Positions 8,516-15,921 of a stretch of 32,000 nt of DNA are shown here, piece after piece (within the stretch, counting starts at the first letter, position 1; each line of letters begins with the position of its first letter). Both the position numbers and the translations under genes were made by a program. The stretch lies in the NCBI GenBank assembly GCA_047651235.1, contig CP178758.1, forward strand, positions 3,510,001 through 3,542,000. The letters run 5' to 3'. Origin of the DNA: Candidatus Electrothrix yaqonensis. Its GTDB lineage: Bacteria > Desulfobacterota > Desulfobulbia > Desulfobulbales > Desulfobulbaceae. Below the pieces are notes generated by a model, which searched no databases, was not told the DNA's origin, and saw only the letters and a program-made list of their open reading frames with translations.

Positions 8516-8618
8516 GGGGGAGGAGCCGGTAGTCGGCAGAAAAAGAAAAGGGGCGGTGGTGGAAACGGGGCAGGCACATCCCCGGAAAAACATCCCAGGA
8601 AAACAGGCAATCCGTTTT

Positions 8619-8651
8619 GGCAGGTGCTCCCGCCGCCCCTGCCTTTTTTTT
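8619..8651 (+). terminator. Rho-independent terminator downstream of gdhA
   Basis: ggcagg (8619-8624) pairs with cctgcc (8638-8643), followed by T8 (8644-8651). Confidence 0.7.
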
Positions 8652-8672
8652 ACAAAGGAACAAATGTCAGTT

Positions 8673-8879
8673 CTACTGATATTGCAGTTTTAAGCAGTCA
8701 AATTTATTAGGGTTCAGGTAGAAGTCATCTGCTATGAACATGCGACGTCCCATGATAACTCTAAAGTAACCTTCAACCCACTGACCTTTGGAATACAGTT
8801 TTTTTCCATTAATCCCTATGAAAAAGAAGCTCCTCTTTACCCGAGCGAGGCATTTTTCATTATTCACGTTATCCTCCAT
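8673..8879 (-). CDS. Hypothetical small protein (68 aa) in an AT-rich islet; coding status uncertain
   Basis: It is the only ORF in the low-GC 8.66-9.0 kb stretch (MEDNVNNEKCLARVKRSFFFIGINGKKLYSKGQWVEGYFRVIMGRRMFIADDFYLNPNKFD...). No clear Shine-Dalgarno and no family recognised. Confidence 0.3.
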   Translation of the reverse strand: MEDNVNNEKCLARVKRSFFFIGINGKKLYSKGQWVEGYFRVIMGRRMFIADDFYLNPNKFDCLKLQYQ

Positions 8880-8995
8880 AGTAGTATAAAAAATTATACC
8901 TAAAGTTTAGATTATTCTACATTGGACATTTTCTAAACTCAAGAATAAATTTAAGGATGATCTTTTATTTGGTATAATTCCTTTTATACAGACTA

Positions 8996-9047
8996 TATAG
9001 ATGGAGAAGGAAAATGTGATCTGCCGAAAAACTACCTGGCCGGATCC
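8996..9047 (+). pseudogene. Relic copy of the gdhA 3' region
   Basis: 8996-9047 aligns without gaps to gdhA 8407-8458 at 41/52 identity, with a 23/24 core (tctgccgaaaaacta[c/t]ctggccgg, 9020-9043 vs 8431-8454). In frame this is IDGEGKCDLPKNYLAGS vs IDAAEEYGLPKNYLAGA. Confidence 0.6.
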
Positions 9048-9219
9048 GATCTTATGTCCCTGCATCTGATTGACGCGGATATGGCACGATCATGTTCTCG
9101 GTATTGCGGATTATGATATAAACTCAATTGAAAATGCTATAGGATACATCGCCAATGGCGTTCCCAATGTAACAACTAACAACTATGCATCATTTCCGGT
9201 GCGCAAGGAGGAGAAGTAT

Positions 9220-10476
9220 ATGCGGGAAAAGAAAAAGGATCACCTGACGTGGTATATTCTAGGGGCAATCGTTATTGCTGTTGTTTTTGCGCTTGTTTTC
9301 CCCCACGCAGCGATGAAGTTCCATATCGGCGGGGAGGTTTTTCTCAATCTGCTGAAAATGATGGTTGTGCCGCTGGTGGTCTCCAGTGTTATGAACGGGA
9401 TACTCGGCTTAGGGGATATCCGCAAGCTCGGGCGTCCAGGAGGCGCCGCACTGCTCTATTATTTTTCCACCACGGTCATGGCCGTGCTGGTCGGGCTTGT
9501 GGTGGTCAATATCATTCAACCGGGGAACGGAACCATTGATCAGCAGACCCTGAACGAAATTGCCGCGCAAGGTGCCGAAGGCAGCATGAACAGCGATGCC
9601 GATATCGGAACTATTCTGAATAATCTTGTTCTGATGCTGTTTACAGACAACCTGTTTGATTCCGCTGCCAACACAGACCTGCTGCCGCTGATTGTCTTTT
9701 CCATCATCTTTGCCGGAATGCTCACTACTATGGGCAGCCGGGTGGAAATCATCGTCAATATTATTGACCAGATAAATGACGCTTTTATAGCCTTTGTCCT
9801 GCTGCTGATGAAGGTGGCTCCTGTCGGAATTTTCTGCCTGGTCGCCTCCAGATTCGGCGAAGCACAGGCAGAAGGAGAGTTCTTTAAGGTTCTGCAGCAG
9901 TTGGGGCTGTATATGCTCACCGTGCTTGCCGGACTGGGTATTCATGCCTTTGTAACCCTGCCCCTGATTCTCCGGTTTGTCACCAAACGAAATCCGCTCC
10001 AGTTTATGTATCAGATGTCGCAGGCCCTGCTGACCGCCTTTTCCACGGCCAGCTCCTCAGCAACCCTGCCGGTCACGATGGAATCAGCGGTCGAGGAAGC
10101 AGAGGTTTCCGAACAGTCTGTGAATTTTGTTCTGCCTCTGGGCGCAACCGTGAATATGGACGGCACGGCCCTGTACGAGGCTGTGGCCGCGATTTTTATC
10201 GCCCAAGCAATCGGGATCGAGCTGAGCCTGACGGCCCAGTTGACCGTGGCGGTCACAGCCACGCTGGCTGCCATCGGCGCCGCAGGTATCCCGGAAGCCG
10301 GACTGGTCACCATGCTCATCGTCCTGAATGCGGTCGGCCTGCCCACGGAATATATCAGCCTGATTCTGGCAGTGGACTGGCTGCTGGATCGTTTCCGGAC
10401 AACGGTCAATGTCTTCGGGGACGCCATCGGTGCAGCTGTGGTTGAAAAAATATTCCCAGCCAAGGATACAAAATAA
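9220..10476 (+). CDS. Dicarboxylate/amino acid:cation symporter (DAACS / glutamate-transporter family)
   Basis: 418 aa and polytopic. Carries the Ser-rich HP1 motif FSTASSSATLP and the TM7 motif VNMDGTALYEAV, both diagnostic of the family. The ATG at 9220 follows AAGGAGGAG; the track start at 9070 adds 50 non-membrane residues. Confidence 0.88.
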   Translation: MREKKKDHLTWYILGAIVIAVVFALVFPHAAMKFHIGGEVFLNLLKMMVVPLVVSSVMNGILGLGDIRKLGRPGGAALLYYFSTTVMAVLVGLVVVNIIQPGNGTIDQQTLNEIAAQGAEGSMNSDADIGTILNNLVLMLFTDNLFDSAANTDLLPLIVFSIIFAGMLTTMGSRVEIIVNIIDQINDAFIAFVLLLMKVAPVGIFCLVASRFGEAQAEGEFFKVLQQLGLYMLTVLAGLGIHAFVTLPLILRFVTKRNPLQFMYQMSQALLTAFSTASSSATLPVTMESAVEEAEVSEQSVNFVLPLGATVNMDGTALYEAVAAIFIAQAIGIELSLTAQLTVAVTATLAAIGAAGIPEAGLVTMLIVLNAVGLPTEYISLILAVDWLLDRFRTTVNVFGDAIGAAVVEKIFPAKDTK

Positions 10477-10477
10477 A

Positions 10478-10603
10478 CCTCGTCGCCGGGTTGTTGAGCG
10501 TATTTTTTCATGGTTGAATTTGCACTGGAGATTGAGCAAGGAGTATGAAGTGCTTCCTGGCTCCTCGGAAGCAATGATCCGTGATCCGAATTGCCATCAT
10601 TGA
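10478..10603 (+). mobile_element. IS5-family (DDE) transposase C-terminal relic, 5'-truncated
   Basis: Reads PRRRVVERIFSWLNLHWRLSKEYEVLPGSSEAMI, matching the conserved IS5-family C-terminus (..VVER.F.WLN..RRLSKDYE.LP.TSEAMI..). It begins 1 nt after the transporter stop (TAA 10474-10476) and no upstream transposase sequence remains. The IS end probably lies within about 30 nt after 10603. Confidence 0.7.
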
Positions 10604-10847
10604 GGATTATGCTCAACTTTTCAGACAGCTTCTGGTGCTCCTCTGTTCAAGATTAACTGCTTCGGGTGAGCTGTACCGTAGACTGAGAGCAGGAAAGGCG
10701 TGGTCCTCCGCAGGGGTTGTTCTCTTTTCTGTCTCCGTGTACAATGGCCGGAAAGAAAGGCCAGCTTCCTGCAGAGGTATATCCAGGGAATGCGGCACCT
10801 GCAGCCTGCCCCCTTTCCGAATTATTCGTAGAATACTCGTTGATGGT

Positions 10848-11867
10848 ATGAATATTTCTTTTCTGCACCTTTCCGGTGCATTCGTTTTGCTGCCCGTCAT
10901 CTTTATGGCAGCAAAATTCTCTTCCCGTCGCATTCTTTGCAGGATAGAAATCCCCGGCAGTTCAGCCAGGATTGTAGACAGGATTCTCTCTTTTGCTTTC
11001 TTTATTATATATCTGGCGGCCCTTTTTGTTCTGCATGTCATAGTGACCCTGCACCAGGCAGATAGTCTTGAGTATATTTCTGTATCTCCGCTGCCGCCCC
11101 CGCCCTTGTCCAAAGTTGTCCTTCCTTCCTCTCCTGCCGTAGAACTTGAAATACCACAAGGGAAATTATCCTTTGAAAAAGTCAATGACCGTCTGTTTCA
11201 GGTTGCATTTGACCGAAAGGCTCTGAACAACGTAATATATAATCTGCCGTTCTTTCCTTCCCGCGTCATTGCGGCATCACAGGGAAATTTTTCCTTTGAA
11301 GAACTTGACGACCGTCTGGTTCAGGTTGAGCTCGATCAGAAGGCTCTAAACAACGTAATATATAATCTGCCGTTCTTTCCTTCCCGCGTCATTGCGGCAT
11401 CACAGGGAAATTTTTCCTTTGAAGAACTTGACGACCGTCTATTTCAGGTTGAATTCGATCAGAAGATTCTGAACGAAACGATACATAACCTGCCGTTCTT
11501 TCCGGAAGATAAAGAGAGAACTGATGATCAGGCCAAGATGATACAACAGTGTCAGGAGAGACTGGCAGAATTACAATCTGCTGCGGGTCAGGAGAAAGGA
11601 GGACAATACACTCAAAGAAATAAAGTAAATATAATATGTGATTCCATGAGTGCAAAAGACCATCAGCGTTTTTATGATGCCCTGCATACTCTGCCGATCA
11701 ATACATCTGATTCCTGGACAAATCAAGAAAATAAAAATCGTTACACAGTACGTCCGATCAACAGCTATACTGAAAAAGATAAATCTTGCCGGAATTATAT
11801 CATTGAAGCTGCTGTTGACGGAGTATCTTACAGATATGCAGGACATGACTGCAGGATTTCGGACTAA
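10848..11867 (+). CDS. Membrane-anchored repeat protein with a C-terminal domain resembling the 17-kDa surface-antigen type
   Basis: Two N-terminal hydrophobic helices, a Pro-rich linker (PLPPPPL) and 2.8 tandem 41-aa repeats. The C-terminus NRYTVRPINSYTEKDKSCRNYIIEAAVDGVSYRYAGHDCRISD recalls, from memory, the ..Y.V.P......G..CR.Y........G......G.ACR..DG.W surface-antigen domain. The start is uncertain (ATG 10848 or 10905). The track start at 10581 reads through the IS5 relic. Confidence 0.6.
   Translation: MNISFLHLSGAFVLLPVIFMAAKFSSRRILCRIEIPGSSARIVDRILSFAFFIIYLAALFVLHVIVTLHQADSLEYISVSPLPPPPLSKVVLPSSPAVELEIPQGKLSFEKVNDRLFQVAFDRKALNNVIYNLPFFPSRVIAASQGNFSFEELDDRLVQVELDQKALNNVIYNLPFFPSRVIAASQGNFSFEELDDRLFQVEFDQKILNETIHNLPFFPEDKERTDDQAKMIQQCQERLAELQSAAGQEKGGQYTQRNKVNIICDSMSAKDHQRFYDALHTLPINTSDSWTNQENKNRYTVRPINSYTEKDKSCRNYIIEAAVDGVSYRYAGHDCRISD
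11157..11505 (+). repeat. Tandem 123-bp (41-codon) in-frame repeat, about 2.8 copies
   Basis: Copies start at 11157, 11280 and 11403. The last 54 nt of copies 1 and 2 are identical, and the first 38 nt of copies 2 and 3 are identical. Confidence 0.9.
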
Positions 11868-11905
11868 ATCCGGTAAAAGGTCGCTATCCTTTTCACCGGA
11901 TTTTC
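11867..11905 (+). terminator. Hairpin terminator between convergent genes
   Basis: aatccggtaaaagg (11867-11880) pairs with ccttttcaccggatt (11888-11902) with one bulge, followed by a short T-run. It starts at the last base of the TAA stop of the repeat-protein gene (TAA 11865-11867). Confidence 0.6.
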
Positions 11906-11969
11906 GTAGCCCGTCACATCGTGAGGAACAAAGCGGAGCTTTCCGGAGTCCGGTCTTGTGAGGCGCGAA

Positions 11970-12215
11970 TCACTGCGGACGGTTCACGCACTCATACTTT
12001 CTTTTGATGCCCCTGCTCTTCTTGCCGCCAGTGACTTTAATGACTTGACCGGTATCGCAGCGACCGTCATTTTCCACGTACACAATGTGATTATAGGACA
12101 GGGTGTAGTTTGCAGGCATTGCTTTCAGCACCTTTTTCTGACTGTCCTGCTGACAGCCTGCAAGAAACAGCATGCTGGAAAAAATGACCACTGCATTCAG
12201 TAGGGAGCATTTCAT
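11970..12215 (-). CDS. Small lipoprotein (81 aa; mature part about 60 aa with 2 further Cys)
   Basis: Signal peptide plus lipobox MKCSLLNAVVIFSSMLFLAG|C. The mature part is QQDSQKKVLKAMPANYTLSYNHIVYVENDGRCDTGQVIKVTGGKKSRGIKRKYECVNRPQ. An alternative start at 12227 (MGNAMKC...) would lie 1 nt after the upstream stop (TGAcATG). The track start at 12407 overlaps the radical SAM gene and is rejected. Confidence 0.7.
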   Translation of the reverse strand: MKCSLLNAVVIFSSMLFLAGCQQDSQKKVLKAMPANYTLSYNHIVYVENDGRCDTGQVIKVTGGKKSRGIKRKYECVNRPQ

Positions 12216-12228
12216 AGCGTTTCCCATG

Positions 12229-14097
12229 TCAGTTGTTGTCGTCAGAAACATGCATCTCGGATAACTCGCTTCTGTGCCAATAGAATTCAATATTCTGAAA
12301 CGGCAGATTGATCGCCTGAATATGATAGAAGGCGTTCTTGCGGTGCTTGATGTAATGGTATTCCCGCAGGGCCTTGGTAGTGATGAATAAATTATTCCGT
12401 ACTCCATCTAAATAGAACTGGGCGTGACTGATCAGCAGCCAGGAAATGTCCAGCAGGGCATAGTTTCCTTCCACTTGGGCAGCGGCAAAGAAGGCGTTCT
12501 TGTAGAGCGAATAGTCAAAAATATGCTCCTGCTTGCTGCGCTGTTCGTCGCCATAGACCACTGTCGTGTCACGCAGGAGCATCAGATGAAGATAATTTTT
12601 GATTTCGTCAGCGCAGGCGAGACGGAACACATCCTCCCGCACACCAAGCAGTACCGTACTGCTCTCGTCCAGTACCTCAATCTCCATCTCATTTTTGAGA
12701 ATCGCTGAACGCAGGCGGTATTCCACGCCATTGACCCGAAGGAAGAACAGCTCGTCGCTGTACAGAGCCTGCAGATTGGCATCACGGTGGATGATCTCGA
12801 TCAGCCGGTTAGTATCGGCAAACAGCTCCGGGGTGATCACCCGTTCCTTTTCCGTATAAGTTTGCTGCAGCTTCTTCAGGTTGTTATTCAGGAAAAAACG
12901 CTGTGCATAGGCGGAGATTCTTTCCGCAGGCAGAGGTGGCCAGCGGTCGGGCGCATCCTGATAGAGCTGCTTCTGCAGCAGACAGGTATAGCTTTTCTTC
13001 AGCCCTGTCTCCTGCCGGACAAAGGTGCAGCCGAGGTTGCAGTGCGGCAGCCACGGGCAGCGGGCGCAGCCGTCGTCAATGTCGAGCAGGTTTTCATTGC
13101 GCTCAATCACGTTCCAGCCATTGTTGATCACCGCCTCCACGCCGTCTGTGAAGATGTTGCCGTAGCGGTACGCTGGCGAGGACTGGCCGCGCGGACAGGA
13201 GAAGACCTCGCCGTCAAACTGGAGCAGGAAGAACTTGCCCCCGCAGTTGACTGAGGAGCAGCAGAACTCCGGGGAGAACTCCTTGAACCACTCTGTACGC
13301 AGGGCGTTCTCCAGCGGGCTGCCGACAAAAGCCTTCTTCACCGCCTGATAGAACTCGACCTGTTCGGCATCCGTGAGCATAGCCGCGCCTTCGTCCTGTT
13401 GAGCAAATTTGCTCCTGTTTTTGCCGGAGTCAAAGCCGAACATGACATTGAAGCGGCTCATGTCCAGGCCGACTTCATAATGGAGCTGCTTGATCTCGAT
13501 AATGAATTCATCTACCGCTGCAAGGTGAGCGCGGGTGACCACGCAGGAAATCTTCTTGTTGTGCGGATAGGTGGCCAGCAGCTTGAGATTTTCTCTGATC
13601 CGGGCCAAGGTGCTGCGGCCCTGTTTATCCCGGCGGAACTGCTCGTGCAGGCGGAGGGGCAGGTCCACGCTGCCGCTGATCGAAACCCGGTGCTTGACAA
13701 AGATATCCCAATGCCGCTGAAAATCAAAGAGATTGGTTTTGATATGCGGCGGACTGACCCGGAAGCCCTGCGCCTTGATCTCCTCGCCATAGGCCGCGTA
13801 ATGGCGGGCGGCAATGCTGAACAGGCCGTCTAACAGCTCTGAAGACAGGGTGGTGACTTCGCCGCCATGAAAGGAGAGATTAAAGGGCAGATAACCGTGC
13901 ACTAGGAGCTGCTCCAAGGCAGTGTTCAGGGTGCCGAGCACTTTATCCGGCTCCGGCTTGGCAGCGGTCAGGTCGCCCAGGTAGCAGTACCGGCAGCTCA
14001 TATTGCAGAACTTGGTCGGTACATAGAGCAGATGGATGGCTTTCTTGAGCTGCATTGCAGGCGAAGCTGCTTGCTCAGTGGTGTGAACTGCTGACAT
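12229..14097 (-). CDS. Radical SAM / SPASM-domain enzyme with a roughly 250-aa C-terminal extension of unknown function
   Basis: CxxxCxxC cluster motif FCNMSCRYCYLG (aa 31-38, nt 13984-14007). Canonical SPASM cysteine pattern: GEVFSC (G-x4-C) and CARCPWLPHCNLGC (C-x2-C-x5-C-x3-C), aa about 279-372, nt 12982-13263. Residues about 375-622 match nothing I recognise. The start could also be the Met at 14055. Confidence 0.8.
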   Translation of the reverse strand: MSAVHTTEQAASPAMQLKKAIHLLYVPTKFCNMSCRYCYLGDLTAAKPEPDKVLGTLNTALEQLLVHGYLPFNLSFHGGEVTTLSSELLDGLFSIAARHYAAYGEEIKAQGFRVSPPHIKTNLFDFQRHWDIFVKHRVSISGSVDLPLRLHEQFRRDKQGRSTLARIRENLKLLATYPHNKKISCVVTRAHLAAVDEFIIEIKQLHYEVGLDMSRFNVMFGFDSGKNRSKFAQQDEGAAMLTDAEQVEFYQAVKKAFVGSPLENALRTEWFKEFSPEFCCSSVNCGGKFFLLQFDGEVFSCPRGQSSPAYRYGNIFTDGVEAVINNGWNVIERNENLLDIDDGCARCPWLPHCNLGCTFVRQETGLKKSYTCLLQKQLYQDAPDRWPPLPAERISAYAQRFFLNNNLKKLQQTYTEKERVITPELFADTNRLIEIIHRDANLQALYSDELFFLRVNGVEYRLRSAILKNEMEIEVLDESSTVLLGVREDVFRLACADEIKNYLHLMLLRDTTVVYGDEQRSKQEHIFDYSLYKNAFFAAAQVEGNYALLDISWLLISHAQFYLDGVRNNLFITTKALREYHYIKHRKNAFYHIQAINLPFQNIEFYWHRSELSEMHVSDDNN

Positions 14098-14104
14098 CAG
14101 CGTA

Positions 14105-15076
14105 TTATCGGTTTTCCTGCTCCTCGATCACCTTACGAAGCAATTCTCGATGTGAATCCTTTTTTATATCTGCAAATCTAGGAACAGCATGTTGGTGGAG
14201 AAGATCAGATATGTCAAAGTCGGTTACAATCGAGCCAAATTGACTGTTTGATTCCGCCGCATCTAATACTTCTATTATTTCTTTGAGAGAGAAATAACTG
14301 TATTTATCTAACTTTTCTATAATGTTGTGAGTTTGGGCAAAGCTTCCTGAACTTGATAACTGCTCAATAAGTTCCTGCTTTTCCTTGTCATATGAAAAAG
14401 CAATTCCATCAAAATGCTTGTTAGTAAACTCAGACAATGTTCGATATACGAAAACATTCCCATTTTTCTTCTGCTTCCATTCCTTAATAAGGAATGCGTT
14501 CGGTTTGTTTTCATCTAAAACGGAGTAGTAATCGCCATCCGCAGAAATGATGTGAATATCGTTTTTATCTGGAACGTTCTCTGTAAGTATTTCCCAATTT
14601 ATTGCATCGCCTAAACTTCTTCCTTTTTTACCTGGAGGGTTCCCCCGTGCCAAGCGTACATTTGCAGCTTCCATGTGTTTAGCGGTGACCTTTTTACAAT
14701 CAGAATCTTTAAATATTTTTGCAGTCAATTTATCGGCTGGAAGCTCTTCATTTGCGATAGCTTCATTGATCTTGCTCAGTATCGATTTGCTAACCTGTCT
14801 TGCCTCCTTTGCAATTTCTTGCAACCGCTTGTACTCTTCGTACCCTTTCATGAAAGACGGAAACTGTGGATGCAGTCTGGAATTGTTGAATTTTTTCAGA
14901 GCATCCTTGATCTTCCCATCCCGATTCCGAACAAATTCATCTTTTACCTGCTCCGTTACATACACTGTAGCTGCTCCATGTTCATGATCGGTGAACACTT
15001 CATTCAGTGAATCTAGCTCGTCGTTTGAGTAATGGTAGAAACTCAACAATATGTTTGTATCTACGAAAACATGCAT
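14105..15076 (-). CDS. PIN-like (DUF4935-type) putative nuclease with a C-terminal helical domain
   Basis: Starts with MHVFVDTNILLSFY (h-h-D-T-N, the first PIN acidic motif). Later candidate motifs are RGNPPGKKGRSLGDAINWEIL and IHIISADGDYY. Sampled 60-nt windows give about 30-38% GC, against 57-67% in the flanking genes. Confidence 0.6.
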   Translation of the reverse strand: MHVFVDTNILLSFYHYSNDELDSLNEVFTDHEHGAATVYVTEQVKDEFVRNRDGKIKDALKKFNNSRLHPQFPSFMKGYEEYKRLQEIAKEARQVSKSILSKINEAIANEELPADKLTAKIFKDSDCKKVTAKHMEAANVRLARGNPPGKKGRSLGDAINWEILTENVPDKNDIHIISADGDYYSVLDENKPNAFLIKEWKQKKNGNVFVYRTLSEFTNKHFDGIAFSYDKEKQELIEQLSSSGSFAQTHNIIEKLDKYSYFSLKEIIEVLDAAESNSQFGSIVTDFDISDLLHQHAVPRFADIKKDSHRELLRKVIEEQENR

Positions 15077-15097
15077 AGCTTTTTCACGTACCTAATG

Positions 15098-15901
15098 TCA
15101 CCACCAGAAATAGATAAGCAGCCCGGCATTGAGGAGCAGGAAGGCAACGTTGATCCGTTTGCTCCATGCGGCATCCCAAGCGTCGCTTATGAATTGATCA
15201 GCTTCGTGCTGCACGGCGATGAAGGACGGAAACTCAAAGCGTCGGGTTGGTTTGATGAAGAGGCGGCCGTCCCTGCCGCAGGATAGACGGCCCTGCACCG
15301 TGACGCTGTCACCATGGAACAGGAAATACTCCGTCAGATGGTATAGTTTGTACTTTCTGTCAGCGTTGCTCTTCAGTGCTGTCGGGCAATGCACTTGGGT
15401 GCTCTCCTTGCTGCGTAACCCTAAGCATCTTTTGGTGAACTCCTCAACCTTGACATGGACCCGGCAGTCCTTGTCTGCCAGCTCAAGTGTTGCAGAAGAT
15501 TGCTCGCGCAGCAGCGGCTTGCGCACGGTTTCCCAGCCCTTGCTTGGTTTCTTCTTCTTGACCTGTCGTTCTCCGACCACCAGTGCAGCATAGTAAACGC
15601 ACTCGCTGCCGCTCAGAGGCAAGCGGCATGGCCGTTCTTCCGTCACTTTGCCGGTGAAGCGGACATAGCAGTCAATCAGGTCTGGATTAAACTTGGCCGG
15701 ATTCTCAGCCATCCATGCCCTTCTCTTGAATGCGCCAATCTTGCGCCACTGCCAGCAGGCCAGAAGAAACAGCACGGTCGGCAGAACATAACAGAATATA
15801 ATCTTAGAATCAGGTAAATCGTGCGATTTAAGCCCGATATGCTGCACTCCTGCGGTCAGCAGAAGAAAAAAGATGCTTCTCAAGAATATATTCGCAGTCA
15901 T
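15098..15901 (-). CDS. Membrane protein with a GIDE-like central domain
   Basis: Two N-terminal hydrophobic helices and one C-terminal (INVAFLLLNAGLLIYFWW). The central VRFTGKVTEERPCRLPLSGSECVYYAALVV resembles, from memory, the GIDE-domain signature (..G.v....l.sPlsg..CvyY...). A GGAGG Shine-Dalgarno lies 8 nt upstream of the ATG at 15901. Confidence 0.5.
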   Translation of the reverse strand: MTANIFLRSIFFLLLTAGVQHIGLKSHDLPDSKIIFCYVLPTVLFLLACWQWRKIGAFKRRAWMAENPAKFNPDLIDCYVRFTGKVTEERPCRLPLSGSECVYYAALVVGERQVKKKKPSKGWETVRKPLLREQSSATLELADKDCRVHVKVEEFTKRCLGLRSKESTQVHCPTALKSNADRKYKLYHLTEYFLFHGDSVTVQGRLSCGRDGRLFIKPTRRFEFPSFIAVQHEADQFISDAWDAAWSKRINVAFLLLNAGLLIYFWW

Positions 15902-15921
15902 CGCAGCAGCCTCCGGTTGGC

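Noticed and set aside
7940-8593. 217-aa minus-strand ORF
   Set aside because: Antisense shadow of gdhA.
10581-10847. N-terminal 89 codons of the 428-aa track ORF
   Set aside because: This part reads through the IS5 relic and non-coding DNA, is Arg/Cys-rich, and has no membrane or signal features. The protein more plausibly starts at 10848 or 10905.
11157-11505. Regular repeats that might suggest a CRISPR array
   Set aside because: The repeats are contiguous (no spacers), 123 bp long, in frame, and encode a conserved 41-aa unit. They are protein tandem repeats, not CRISPR.
12216-12407. Upstream extension of the lipoprotein ORF (track start 12407)
   Set aside because: It overlaps the 3' end of the radical SAM gene in another frame. 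The signal peptide and lipobox begin at Met 12215 (or 12227).
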